Shown here: piece by piece, positions 52,750 to 64,000 of the stretch | Position numbering within the stretch: position 1 is the stretch's first letter | Layout of the letters: each line of letters begins with the position of its first letter | Source: Trichoplax sp. H2 | Taxonomy: Eukaryota | Direction of reading: 5' to 3' | Assembly: GCA_003344405.1 (NCBI GenBank) | Contig: NOWV01000015.1 | Span: 310,001 to 374,000 of the forward strand | Length of the DNA: 64,000 nt | Made by a program: the position numbers and the translations under genes | Notes under the pieces: model-generated | What the model was told of the DNA's origin: nothing | What the model saw: only the letters and a program-made list of their open reading frames with translations | Databases searched by the model: none

Positions 52750-54605
52750 ACTTACTTAGTGGTCTCTTAAATAATAAATGATGACAAGAAGAAGATGTAG
52801 TAAGGTATTTAATGTAATAAATAAAAACCGCTCGTAAAATGACGATAGGAAACAAAGCTGCAAAAGAATAACCACTTAGCAGCCGCAGTAACCATAACGA
52901 TAACGCCTTCATAAATTTTTTTTTTATATTTCCTAACAAGTATAAGACAAATACTTATAAAAAAACATGCATGTCCTATTCATAGGTAATTACAGTATTA
53001 ATTATTAGAACCTGCTTTGAATCTTCGCTTTGTTCTTTGAAAGTCATCACTAAATTAGTGATAGGATCCTGATGTGTTTTAGCGTTTGACAATATATAAG
53101 TTTCATGATGGCTATTAAATATTATGAAGAGAAATGAAATCTATTTTGCAAGAAAACCATAAAGCATTACGATGAAATATTGACTCAAGCTGTAAAGGAG
53201 GTAAGAGATAAATTTCATTCACTACTATTAAATTTAAGCTATAGTTTCTACTCACTAGATATACCGTTAGAATAATGGCTAACGGAATAAGAAAATATAA
53301 GTTGATGGTACCCTGCGATCCACAACTGTAACCATCATAAAAGTGAAACAATTAGATAAATAAAAATTGCTGTATATAAGGTTAGCCAACAGAAATACCG
53401 GTAATTAAAAGATTAGAGTAAGCTCAATAATATAGCATAAATTTTCAGAACACGCTCTTATCATCGACGGTATAAGATAATAGTAGTATTTATAAATTTT
53501 TATTTACATTTCTTTGCCAAAGACATTGATAATAGCGCTATAAATGCAAGATTTACTAAAATAGGCAATAACCATAGGAACAGCAGGTATCACTAAAACA
53601 GTAATTAAGTTAGATTAGAAAATGATAATTTATATCTTGCTTAAATAAAAAGAGTAAAATTTATTTTTAATGGCGTTGCAAATATTAAATTTGACGATGA
53701 ATTCATTTAAAATAAAGGATATTTAGTATGTTTAAAATTAGTATATACTCTGAATTCAATGCAATTAGGTTATTTTTTATTCGGATGCATTTTGCAAAGT
53801 TTGTATCTACGTCTGTGTAAGCGTAGCTATGTCGCAAGTATATTACAAATGCAATACTTAAGTATCATAGTAATACTTGAAAATTCTCACTAATTAGATA
53901 AATCGAACTTACCCAATCTGATAATGATATACAGGAGTTTCCACCATCCATTATTGCCTATATGATGACCTTTTCGGTAGCAAAAACCATGAATGCAAGA
54001 GACAAACATACATGTAAAGTACGTTGTGACCAAATATTGTAACGCCATTCCTTTAGCCTTACATATCTATAGATTTGATCAAAAACTTTTTAAAAGCCAA
54101 TCAGCAGTAGAATGAATTTTTAACCTTTCACTTACTATATGACTTAAAATTTTTAAAATTAATCGTTTATAATTTAGATTACGTGCCGTGTCAGCAATTT
54201 TAATGCTGCAATAGCATGAAAATGATAAAAGAGTAACGATCGTAAGAGCTATTAACTGAGTATACAGAAAGGCTAGAAGCCGGCAAAAATTGAATAATTA
54301 TGGTAATCATCACGTCAGTTAGTCCAAATGCTAGACTGAAATTGCTTCGCATCTTCCATTTCGCGCTATATGGTAAGCTTAAAGAATTATAAGTTGCCAG
54401 GTATTAATTTCAAGTGAAAGTATAGCAGATATTTTTAATTTATACAGCTAAATTTTGGAAATAACTTTCCTCACCTTAACGTTAAATATATTCCCCAAAC
54501 CACCAGAATACTCATTAAATTTATTCCACCCATGACAATATTAAAGAAATAAAATAACGATGAGCACAAGCAATCGAATTTTATACTCTTGAATGATCCA
54601 TTATA
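52750..54605 (-). pseudogene. Decayed paralog of the neighbouring family-B-like GPCR (7TM exons only)
   Basis: The exons match the intact receptor one for one: LFYFFNIVMGGINLMSILVVWG (TM1), KWKMRSNFSLAFGLTDVMI (TM2), ICKAKGMALQYLVTTYFTCMFV (TM3), IPAVP, LYFLIPLAII and WLFFCSFVSYRHFTSGF. Lesions are a phase mismatch at the ICL3/TM6 junction, a 1-nt deletion at about 52825, and TAA at the donor where the paralog has CAA. No ectodomain exons found. Confidence 0.65.
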
Positions 54606-55401
54606 GTCCTTTAATGATTGCAATATGCAATATTAAGTATGCTTAATTAATACTGATTTGATTCTGTAAAATTTTGGTAAAATAAAGTTTTAGCTCCATC
54701 ATTCGACTGAATACTTACATATAAATTATCTGCTATACAAGAAAGGGAATAAAATATGATAATGTTAATGATAGCCCTAAAATTCAAAAATCAACTTAAT
54801 CAACTTTATAAGGTTGTGCTATAAATGCATTAACTAGAGCATCTAAAAAAGCTTAAATTTCCTTAAGTTTGTAACTACTTGTTTTCTAATTCTTCATATA
54901 ATTTATACTTGGCCAATAATCGACAAAAAATGCTAGTAGCTGTAATTTTCAAATAGATGTTATCAAGCTACTTCCTTATAACAATCTCTAGTGTATTTCT
55001 AGTAATCGAGACAATCACTTGGCACAATATACCGCTAGTAAAGATAACGGGAAAATGATATGATATACGTGTACCCTTTGCGCATGATCGTAACGGTTCT
55101 GTAGGAAGATTAGTAACAGACTAATAATTAATTTATAAAGGAATGGTAATTCAAGACATGATCTAGTCTTGCTACAAGGAGCTCTATCTACAGTCTATAA
55201 GCTTAAACTGAAATGGAATGCAAAGTTAATTTCATCCCTTAAGCAATCGTTGACAGCATAAGGAGGCATTAGCACCTATGGATAGATGTCTTAATCGGTG
55301 GAAAAGGAAGATATATTGGCATAGTCTACAATCAGCTCTTAATTAAGTTGATATCTTGGTTCTATTTACAAGCTACGAAAGTGTGTAGAATTGGCTGCAA
55401 T

Positions 55402-58400
55402 ATGGGGTTGTCTTCTCAAGTTTTACAAGTTATCGATAAATACTATCAGAAATTAATTCATGAGATTCCATTAGCAGACCTCATTGATGACTTTGCAAGT
55501 AGGAATATTCTGTCAGAATATGAAGTCGAAGCATTTCATTTAGATTTACCGCCTATTGCAAAGCAATTTCAGCTGATAGCGATATTAAAACGCAAAGAGA
55601 GCTCTGATTTTTACCAGTTTTGTCAAGCCTTACAAAACCATGCAACAGCATCCATTCGACAGTTAGGAGTAATGTTACAAAATGATAGTAATATAGTAGA
55701 TTTGATAAGACAAGGTAATTTTGCAATAATTAAGGTGTAACTTTAACAGAGGTATTAATTAATTAGACTAAATACTTAAATCAACCAACGCCTATAATGT
55801 AGTAAACTGTTTTAAATAAAGTCAAAATAGAGATTAGCATTCATAATCGATGTAACGCTAGAATGTTACCGGAAATTAAATCGATTTCCTAAATTATGTT
55901 CAGTTTTCTTTTTGTAACGTCCAATTTTTTTTTATCAAATGAACAGAGCAACTTAAAGATTCAACGTCCGGTAAGTAGTTAGAGACAGATCTTGCCGGTC
56001 AAGAATAAAGCTATTGAAATGCAAGAATAATTATTTATTTCGACTGCAAATGCACCCAAGTACATAATGATTGATTATTCAAAGTAGTAGCTTAGAATCT
56101 CAATAGAGACTGAATTTAATACCTGTTAAAGTACCAACTCTAATGACGCCACGTGCCAATATGTCTTGATCAGCATTTCAATTATACTGCAGTTATGAAG
56201 TAATAACTTGTAGCGATTCAGAGATGCATAAGTAAAGCTGATATCATACTAAAAGCAGTTGCAGATGGAATGTGGAGTATCAATTCCGATCCAAACGAGC
56301 AAAAACCTTACTTTAAATGTGAACGGTAGTAATAAATTATTTTGTGGTATTGCCTAACTTAATTTCGTACTTATGCCTTTACATCCTATAATTACAAGTA
56401 AAACTTTAGCAAGATTGTGTAGAATTTAATATAATAAAAATTTGCTATATCGTACTTAGTCCTGGTTCACCCTTTATAGCCTTACTCTTAAGTTGCACAA
56501 TTTTGCTCTAGAACGTCCACTTGATAGAACAGATCGTGGTTAAGCACCGTGTGTATGCAGTTTAGCACTATTCACAATTACATAAACTTTTGTACAGTAT
56601 TAGAAAATCTTTACAAGTCTTCTACCGCTACCCAATACGTATATTAAATGCTGTAGTAAATGAATAGAAGGCAGTTAATCCATAAGATTCTGTTTATCAT
56701 TAGATTTTGACAGGATTTATAGTAACCCTATGGATTTACCATGTGAAAATATTACCGGCAAAAATTTCCCCAAGTGGAAGATAACAGCGTAAGTTTGCTG
56801 AATGACGTCTAAATAAATTTCTATCATGCACCTATTGACTAAGCTTATTCCTAAACATGGCATAAAAACAGTTATACTGATCGAAGAATTGCTGAAGATA
56901 CCCGTCTATCATCTATGGCAATTGGAACAAGTAGGTGTGATGTTTCACCTAAATGCTATAAATCATCAGATGAAATTTTAAAAATTATATCTAGCAACAA
57001 CAACGCTACAAATGACGGTGAACTTGTGGTAAGATTAGTATTTTGATCCAATTCAACGTTACTTTAAAAGTGCTAAATTAAAGGTTTATGCGTACGATAA
57101 ATTATCAGAAAATTCTGTCACTCAACCGCATGCTTTATACGGATTCATTTTTACAGGTAACCGACTATCAAAGTACTCAAACGACTTATAGACTGGAATT
57201 ACCAAAAATACTACTAAATCAAATATTAATATCATCGGACGGCAAATTTATAGCTTACTCCGTTGAAAGCGAAGACAGTCAAGATCATTCCTCTAACCCA
57301 ATTGATTCAGATAGTGATGAAGAAATCTATAATGTACGTTGAAATCTCATTTCCTTGATCATTCATTTAACTGTGGTACATACTTAGGAAATGAGCTAGA
57401 TATATTTCAATGAAGAAGTATACAAAAATTTTTGATACATTCGTAAAATGACAAGAGCTACATCTGCCCTAACATTAGAAAGTAAAGAACTATTAGTTAA
57501 TTTATCATTTTTCTTCATAGTTATTCTCAATAGTCCTTTACGACTCTGCAATACTCATACTAATATTAAAAACACTTCAAAAACTAAATTTTACAACAAG
57601 TAATCTTTCAAATTATTTTGAAATATGCTCATTAATTGCTCATGTGTCTTTCTTCCTGTAAGCAATAGATTGAAATATAATCTTAACGCTAATAAAGTAG
57701 CAACAATAGGTCTTATCTAAAATATCCCTGTAATTAGATCGAAATGAAATCCGAAGAATGGAGAATTTATTGCACCTGTACGAACCAGCAACTCCAGTTT
57801 ATTCATCAAGATGGAAAGAAATCAATTTCCTTATTATGTCGTTTACTAGAAATTTACCCAGTAACATCCAGCTATCCAATTTTGATGACGATATCATTGA
57901 ATCAGCAAAATCTTAACGTAAGGAATACATAACTATATGATAGACTGATATAGCCATATTCTTGCATTGGTCTATATAAATCAACAAAAATTATGATAGA
58001 TATCAAATATAATAAATATCAAGCTTTCTGCTAGACCTTAGTTTCTCAGCTTACTATAAAACAACTACGAATATATAATAATACTAAATCAAATTGAATC
58101 AAAATAATACCGTTTTAGGTAATTTCAAATATAACTGATCAAAATTAATAATAAAATATAGTAGATATCTGTCAATATTGGTCCACAAAGTATCCACCTT
58201 AGCTTTATCCTATAATTAAGCAAATTTGAAAGTTGGATAATTTAAAATCAGATTAAATCAACATATGAGTATACCAGCATGTGGATAATTTTAGATATTA
58301 GTGATCATAATTCCGAATAACGTAAAGTTAATTCAAAGCATAATGCACTATTTTAGTCTTCTTCTTATCTAAGCAATTAAAAGCTTAGCAGCCTTACATT

Positions 58401-61400
58401 ATTGCATTAATTTTAATCATTGTAGATTTGGGAAATACAAGATAAGAATATCAAGCAAACTCGACAGACCATTATGGCTGCCCATTGCAAGATATTTGGA
58501 TGTAGATTTATAGCTAATAGCAATAAAATTATCGTATGGTGGCCTATTGATAACCGAAATTTAATGCCGGCCGCGGAAGATTCTTCACTAAGCATTGAAT
58601 CTTGCCAAATAGAAGTAATCTTAATCCTACGTAGAAACTTTTGCAGTAATCTACCCTTGATAAATTACGATATTAATTAAGTCATGCGATAATGATTTTA
58701 CCAGATTTGGAATCTTAAAGACTGGCACCATCATCAATCATTTCAAGTCCTTTCCTCCATAAACTATTTAGATGACAAAAATGGATTCGCCAAACCTAAA
58801 ACGATAGATGACGGCAATTTATTAATGAAAGTCGAATATGTAGACCAGAATATTCCAATAATCGTACTAAAATATGATAATTTACTAACCTATTTAGTGG
58901 TAGAAGATAATCAAACAAGCTTCATCGATTTTACTTCACAATTTACGACGTCGTTGCAGCTTTTACATAAATGTCATGATGCCCTTATCGAAAATCTAAC
59001 CTTGTCCCATGATCATCGATTAATTGCATTCTCAACGAATTATGCCATTAATGTACGTTTGTAACACGTAATTCTAAGGTTTATGACATCTATTAAAGTG
59101 TGAAGGTTGCTTTTTTCTCATATTCACTTCCACAGCCTGATTGATACGTTACTTTTTAATTTATTCGCAAAGAACAGATATTTAAGGTGGCTTGTGGAGG
59201 CATTCATTCCCATTTGACAATTGACACCATTGAAAATATATCAGAATTAATGTTTGTTCCAGATAGTAACCACTTGCTCACTTATAGCAATATTTTTAGC
59301 AATGTTTTATCCCGTTATGATATTACTGGTAAGGAAAAAATTATCATCACGTGGAATTACAATTTTTATATTCGGTAAATGTGTATGAATTGAATCTCCA
59401 TTTAGGAAAGCAGCATGGCTGGAAGAAAGGACCTAATCAACATAGTGGCAATTATGATCAGATAATCGTAGCTTCAAGTTGCACCTTTATAAATGGCATT
59501 CCTATTATTGCCTTATTAATAAGAAGTCATCCAAAGATTGATTATAAAGTATATGTAAGTTTCTTATAGGCTGAAATAAATCGAAGTCAAGTATATATTA
59601 AATCCGTTCTTTTATCTTATCAAATTTGCGATAAAATAATTATAGTTTGTGATCACTCAAAATACTTGAGGTATTCTTTTTTACTATTATTGGCAGATTT
59701 ATCAAGGCGAAACCCTGAAAGCTACTTCCAATTTTGCATTAGACCAAGAATATGACGACTGCTTCCTCTATAATAATAATGACTCCATTAATCTTTACTA
59801 CAGCCAGCATTGCGTAAATCAGCAAAGCTTAGAAGATAGTAAAAGTAAAGTTGAGCACCGGCACGTCAAAATCAAAGAGGCTAGTCAATAATCCTACAAG
59901 CTAACTTGAAAAATAAAAATGAATATTGATAATGTCACGATACCTATTTAGTTCCCTTATCGTACATCATAAGCCTACCATAGATTATAGAAGTAAATTC
60001 AATTAATGCACCAATCCTCTGTTCAGTACGAGCGAAATCGATTCGATAGGAATAAATTAGAATTAACCAAGATCAAGAACTAAGTAACTTGAATATCCAA
60101 CGATATAAAACTATATGATTCATTAAGTAAGAGATTAATCTGGTTCAAAAATCTCTGAGTTTTTATCGATCGTTTATAAACTAAATTAGTACATACTCAA
60201 ACATAAGCTCAAGGATTATATCGACAATTTTTTCAAACCTATAATTTGATGTTATCGCTCTATCTCAGATTAAGTGACAACTTAATGCATCACTAATAAA
60301 TCACTAACATTTTTATTCTGATAGTTAACCGGATTGCAAACAAATCTACGTCAGAGAGGACAGTCTGAATTCAAAATAAATACAGACTCCAATCAGTTAT
60401 TAATACTCCAGTCAAGTTTTAGAGAATCTGATCAAACATACCTATTTCTAATTTCAGCTCTGGTAAGTTAATATGAAACTATCATCAAGATAGCGCATTA
60501 TTTGCCTTTTATTTAGTAAGATATTACTAAAAGACAATAAGATTTACTCTATTTCATTCTACTTTAGTTTGATGATGACAGTGAACAGATCATTGTAGTT
60601 AAAATCAATTTTTCCCGTGAAGAAAAACATACAATCTATTTGGATGATACCGCAGCGCATCGATTTACTCAACTAATTTACGCAGATTGTTACAATCTAT
60701 TTATTCAACAAACGATCAGCGAAGGAGGCGATGAATGTGTCATTAAAGTAAGCAAATATTAATAAGACGAATAAGATTCTCCGAAATTTGAAGGTCTATC
60801 ATGGGCCATAATCTTTAATTGCTGTACTTTTACTTCAGCATCAAATGAATCAATCTCATATGAGATATTATATCGAATTAGATTATTTGTATATTACTTT
60901 AACTATGTATATTCGCTTTAGTGGTATAAATTAGGTGATGGAATAACCTCAACACAATTGGTTAAATCTCACTATTACAGCTCAATATATGATGGAATAG
61001 CCTTTAAAATTACCATTCCTATTTCCAAGAGTGCAGATAGCATTAAAGTTAATTTATCACCACTGTATGTAGAGGATCAAGATGAAATGATTAAAGAATG
61101 GGGGGAAAAAGAGGCTGATTTGTTTGTTAGTACGATAGAATTAATTGTATAATATTATGTTATTGAAATTGATTTATGTGCCAGCTCATTTTTCAATACG
61201 ATAACACCATTACGTCTAAAGTATTCTCATAAATTCATCTCTAAGCTCAAGAATTGTCGGCGCTACGATCGTGAACGCTTCTTGTTAAGCACAGAAAATG
61301 AATTTACGGTAACAACTCTACATTCACAGATAAATATTCTGATGTAAAAACAAATCAATTTTTTAGAGGACTGATTAGTCCAATGTGTTGTTATAGATGT

Positions 61401-61687
61401 TTAACGGCCACCTCGTCCTGGTTATGAAAGGCTACGGCGAACAGACTCGAGAATTCACAGAATACTTTGAACTTAATAGCTTGGAAAATTTAATCACATC
61501 GAAATACTTCATTATTGTGGATTGGATGAGTTACAAAATCTTAATCTATGAAAATAAAACCCTTGCATTAATGCAGACTATTGAGGCACCAGCGATCAAA
61601 CCTAAAACCATCATAGGCAATCAAGAGCAATCTCTTTTTATTTGTCAAACAGATAGCAAGCAATATTATATTATTAAGGCCTTATAA
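55402..61687 (+). CDS. Gene C: CARD + ~55-aa linker + divergent WD40-like beta-propeller paralogous to gene B, lacking NB-ARC
   Basis: Exon 55402-55714 is CARD-like (VIDKYYQKLIHEIPLADLIDDFASRNILSEYEVEAF...KQFQLIAILKRKESSDFYQFCQAL). Linker exons are 55947-55970, ~56265-56325 and 56714-56788. Propeller exons from 56872-57028, 57157-57333 (ILISSDGKFIAY), 57738-57917, 58426-58614, 58705-59052 (LTLSHDHRLIAF) and 59179-59328 through 61397-61687 align exon by exon with gene B (last exon IIGNQEQSLFICQTDSKQYYIIKAL versus ILGNENQSSFICRTNDREYIVYKAI). Confidence 0.8.
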
Positions 61688-62299
61688 AATTCAGCAAATT
61701 AGAGCTGATGTAGCATTTAATATTTATATATGAATAATCCTTTAATCGAGTTGAGCACCATGACCAATTGATCACCGAATATGGATCATATTTATATATT
61801 GCATACTTTTAATATATACTTTAAGATCAGAATCAGATTTCATAGAGTCTTTTGTTAAATCTTTTAAATTCTGTAGTGACTTTTTTTTATATCGTATACA
61901 TATTTATTCTATTGATATTATTATGAATATGCAACCTCTAAACAAACTAATGATTTAAGGAATTGACAATAACATTTAAGAAAATGCATCAGTAGAATCT
62001 CGTTTAATGCTAGCGTATTCTAAATCAGCATGAACAACCAATCCCCTCTGATTATAACGATGAAATAAATAGAATAAGATAGAGCTTCAGATTTCGATAT
62101 GTCACTACAGTGTATAGTAAAGTAGCGCTTAAAAGACGCGCTTGAGTAATTTAGAAAATAAATAAATTCTAATTTATTCTTAATCAGTCATGGATTATTT
62201 TGCTTTGGTGTTGCAGCAATCTTAGATGTAATGTTGCATAATTGGTAATATTAAATTAAACGGACGGAAATCAATTTCTCACTATATATCGAATATAGA

Positions 62300-62920
62300 G
62301 TAGCAGGAATTGAAATAGAATAACCTTGTCGCATTTGCATATTGTCATAGCTGATGGATTTAAATCAAATTACCATCTTATCTGCCATTACAAATACTCG
62401 TATGCAATCTCTGCAGGCCATTGCCTATTCTTGTACAGTACTTTCAATCATTTTATCTGAACTTCGGTATGCAGATTCCACACTTCAATCAAAAATTGAT
62501 AGAGCAGATTAAAATCACTGTATACTTCAAATTCTGCGGTAGAATATCCCTAATATTGATTTAAATCATAGAGGCTATTGATCGTCAACTTTGGCTCAGT
62601 TCCCCATATGCACCTGACCGACTGTTACGAATTCGATCATGATGATAATATTACTCCTGTATATACCTAGAATTTAATTGATATCTCACCGGCAGATAAT
62701 GCCCGCTTGCTCTTCAAGAAGGATCGAGCAATTTAGCGTAAAATAAATTCAACTTTAACAGAAGTTTAATAACCTACAGGTTTGCATTAGGCTGCAAAAA
62801 TCCATGGCAACTAAGCGGAAATAAAATACGCATGCGTATGCCACCATTGCTCTCCACGTCTCCAACTCTCCATGTCCCCTGTCCAGGTTCTACCTGAAGA
62901 AGTCGTCGGTCCTTTTATAA
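62300..62920 (-). other. GC-richer, exon-like segments of a possible small unidentified gene divergent from LHPP
   Basis: Open segment aaag|GAC CGA CGA CTT...GCA AAC CT|gtaggt (DRRLLQVEPGQGTWRVGDVESNGGIRMRILFPLSCHGFLQPNAN) and further splice-like signals. I could not build a convincing full model. Confidence 0.2.
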
Positions 62921-63239
62921 CCTATAGTTCCACCATCGAGATGGAAATCAGGAATTAAAAATAAGTCAGGGGCCTAAGCATACAACCTAACTAAGTGATA
63001 CAAGCCAAGAGAAGAACATTTTATACTTTATGCACCATAGCAAGCTTGAGTTTAGTCCAAGGTAGGTATGCAATGTCTATTCTAATAAGTCTTTGCAAAA
63101 CAGCATCATGAATTTGTTTGTTTACTTTTTCGATGATAGTTCTTAAGCAACTCGGTTGTTCCAATAGAGTTCGGTAAAGAAATAATATTTTACCGCAGAG
63201 GTTGTCAAATTTTGAGGTATCCCTTGAGCAACTATCAAG

Positions 63240-64000
63240 ATGGCATCATCAAGCTGGCTACAGCGAGGTAATAATCGTTTGCAAGGCTTGTTGCTAGATA
63301 TATCTGGTGTTTTATACAATTCTGGCGTTTCTGGTGGTCAAGCAATTGATGGATCTGTAGAGGCTTTAGCAAGGTATGAGTTCTAAAAAAATTATCTGCT
63401 AGTTTCATACCCTTAACATTATGGAAAACTAGTAAGGCGGCTCATACTTAAACTTAATGCATAGCTTCCTTCCATTGTGCAAAGCAAGCACGTATCATAT
63501 TACAGTGTAATATTTGTCAAGAATTGCATCGGCTGGTGAAGTGTAACGCAATGTAGAATTAAGCATCAATCAAATTCTGTGATATCTTAAACGAGTTGCA
63601 TTATTCTCTAGAATACTCATGATTATTAATCTATAATTATAATTTATAATCATTTATTAGATTGAAGAAAGCACATTTTCCCCTTAGATTGTGCACAAAT
63701 GAATCTCAGTGTTCGATCGATACATTAGTTAAGAAATTACAACGTTTAGGATTTAATGTTCAGGAGGAAGATATCTATTCACCTATTAAAGCAGTTAAAA
63801 GTTTTTTGATAGAAAACTCACTACGCCCTCATTTGCTTGTACATCCAGGTAAGGCAATAATTGGCACCAATCTAGAATCAAGTATATTGAAATGCCATTA
63901 AATAAATTGTACTAATCCATTTTTATTTATCGTTTCCCCGAACGCTAACCCTTGGCTCTCCAATAAATTTAAATAGACGTCTTGGATGAATTTGTTGATA
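63240..64000 (+). CDS. LHPP: Phospholysine phosphohistidine inorganic pyrophosphate phosphatase (HAD family IIA), 5' part
   Basis: Exons 63240-63373 (LQGLLLDISGVLYNSGVSGGQAIDGSVEALAR, with the LHPP-type DISG motif), 63661-63848 (LRLCTNESQ...LQRLGF...LRPHLLVHP) and 63977-end (DVLDEFVD) join in frame. Confidence 0.92.

Noticed and set aside
52727-52939. 70-aa hydrophobic ORF from the ORF track
   Set aside because: Wrong frame. The frame homologous to TM6/7 of the paralog (WLFFCSFVSY...) is a different one and is frameshifted.

Overview
AT-rich eukaryotic (metazoan) genomic DNA with compact genes and short GT-AG introns. The gene content suggests a placozoan (Trichoplax-like) origin, which is an inference and was not checked. 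From left to right: a possible partial minus-strand gene at the left edge; two intronless tandem PAQR3-like genes; gene A (8872-13402), with an unrecognised ~460-aa helical N-terminal module plus a C-terminal death domain; gene B (17349-36561), with the same unrecognised module in place of a CARD, fused to an Apaf-1-type NB-ARC and a divergent WD40-like beta-propeller, interrupted by a 20-N gap and a duplicate of its own 3' end; a complete family-B/adhesion-like 7TM receptor with no GPS motif (47981-38966, minus) and a decayed paralog (54600-52750, minus); gene C (55402-61687), a CARD joined to the same propeller with no NB-ARC; and the 5' part of LHPP. Two copies of a non-autonomous Helitron-like element lie next to gene A and inside gene B. 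The main finding is a modular Apaf-1/NLR-like cluster (X-DD, X-NB-ARC-propeller, CARD-propeller) joined at phase-matched introns. Gene models were built by hand from splice signals and reading-frame continuity. No database search was run.
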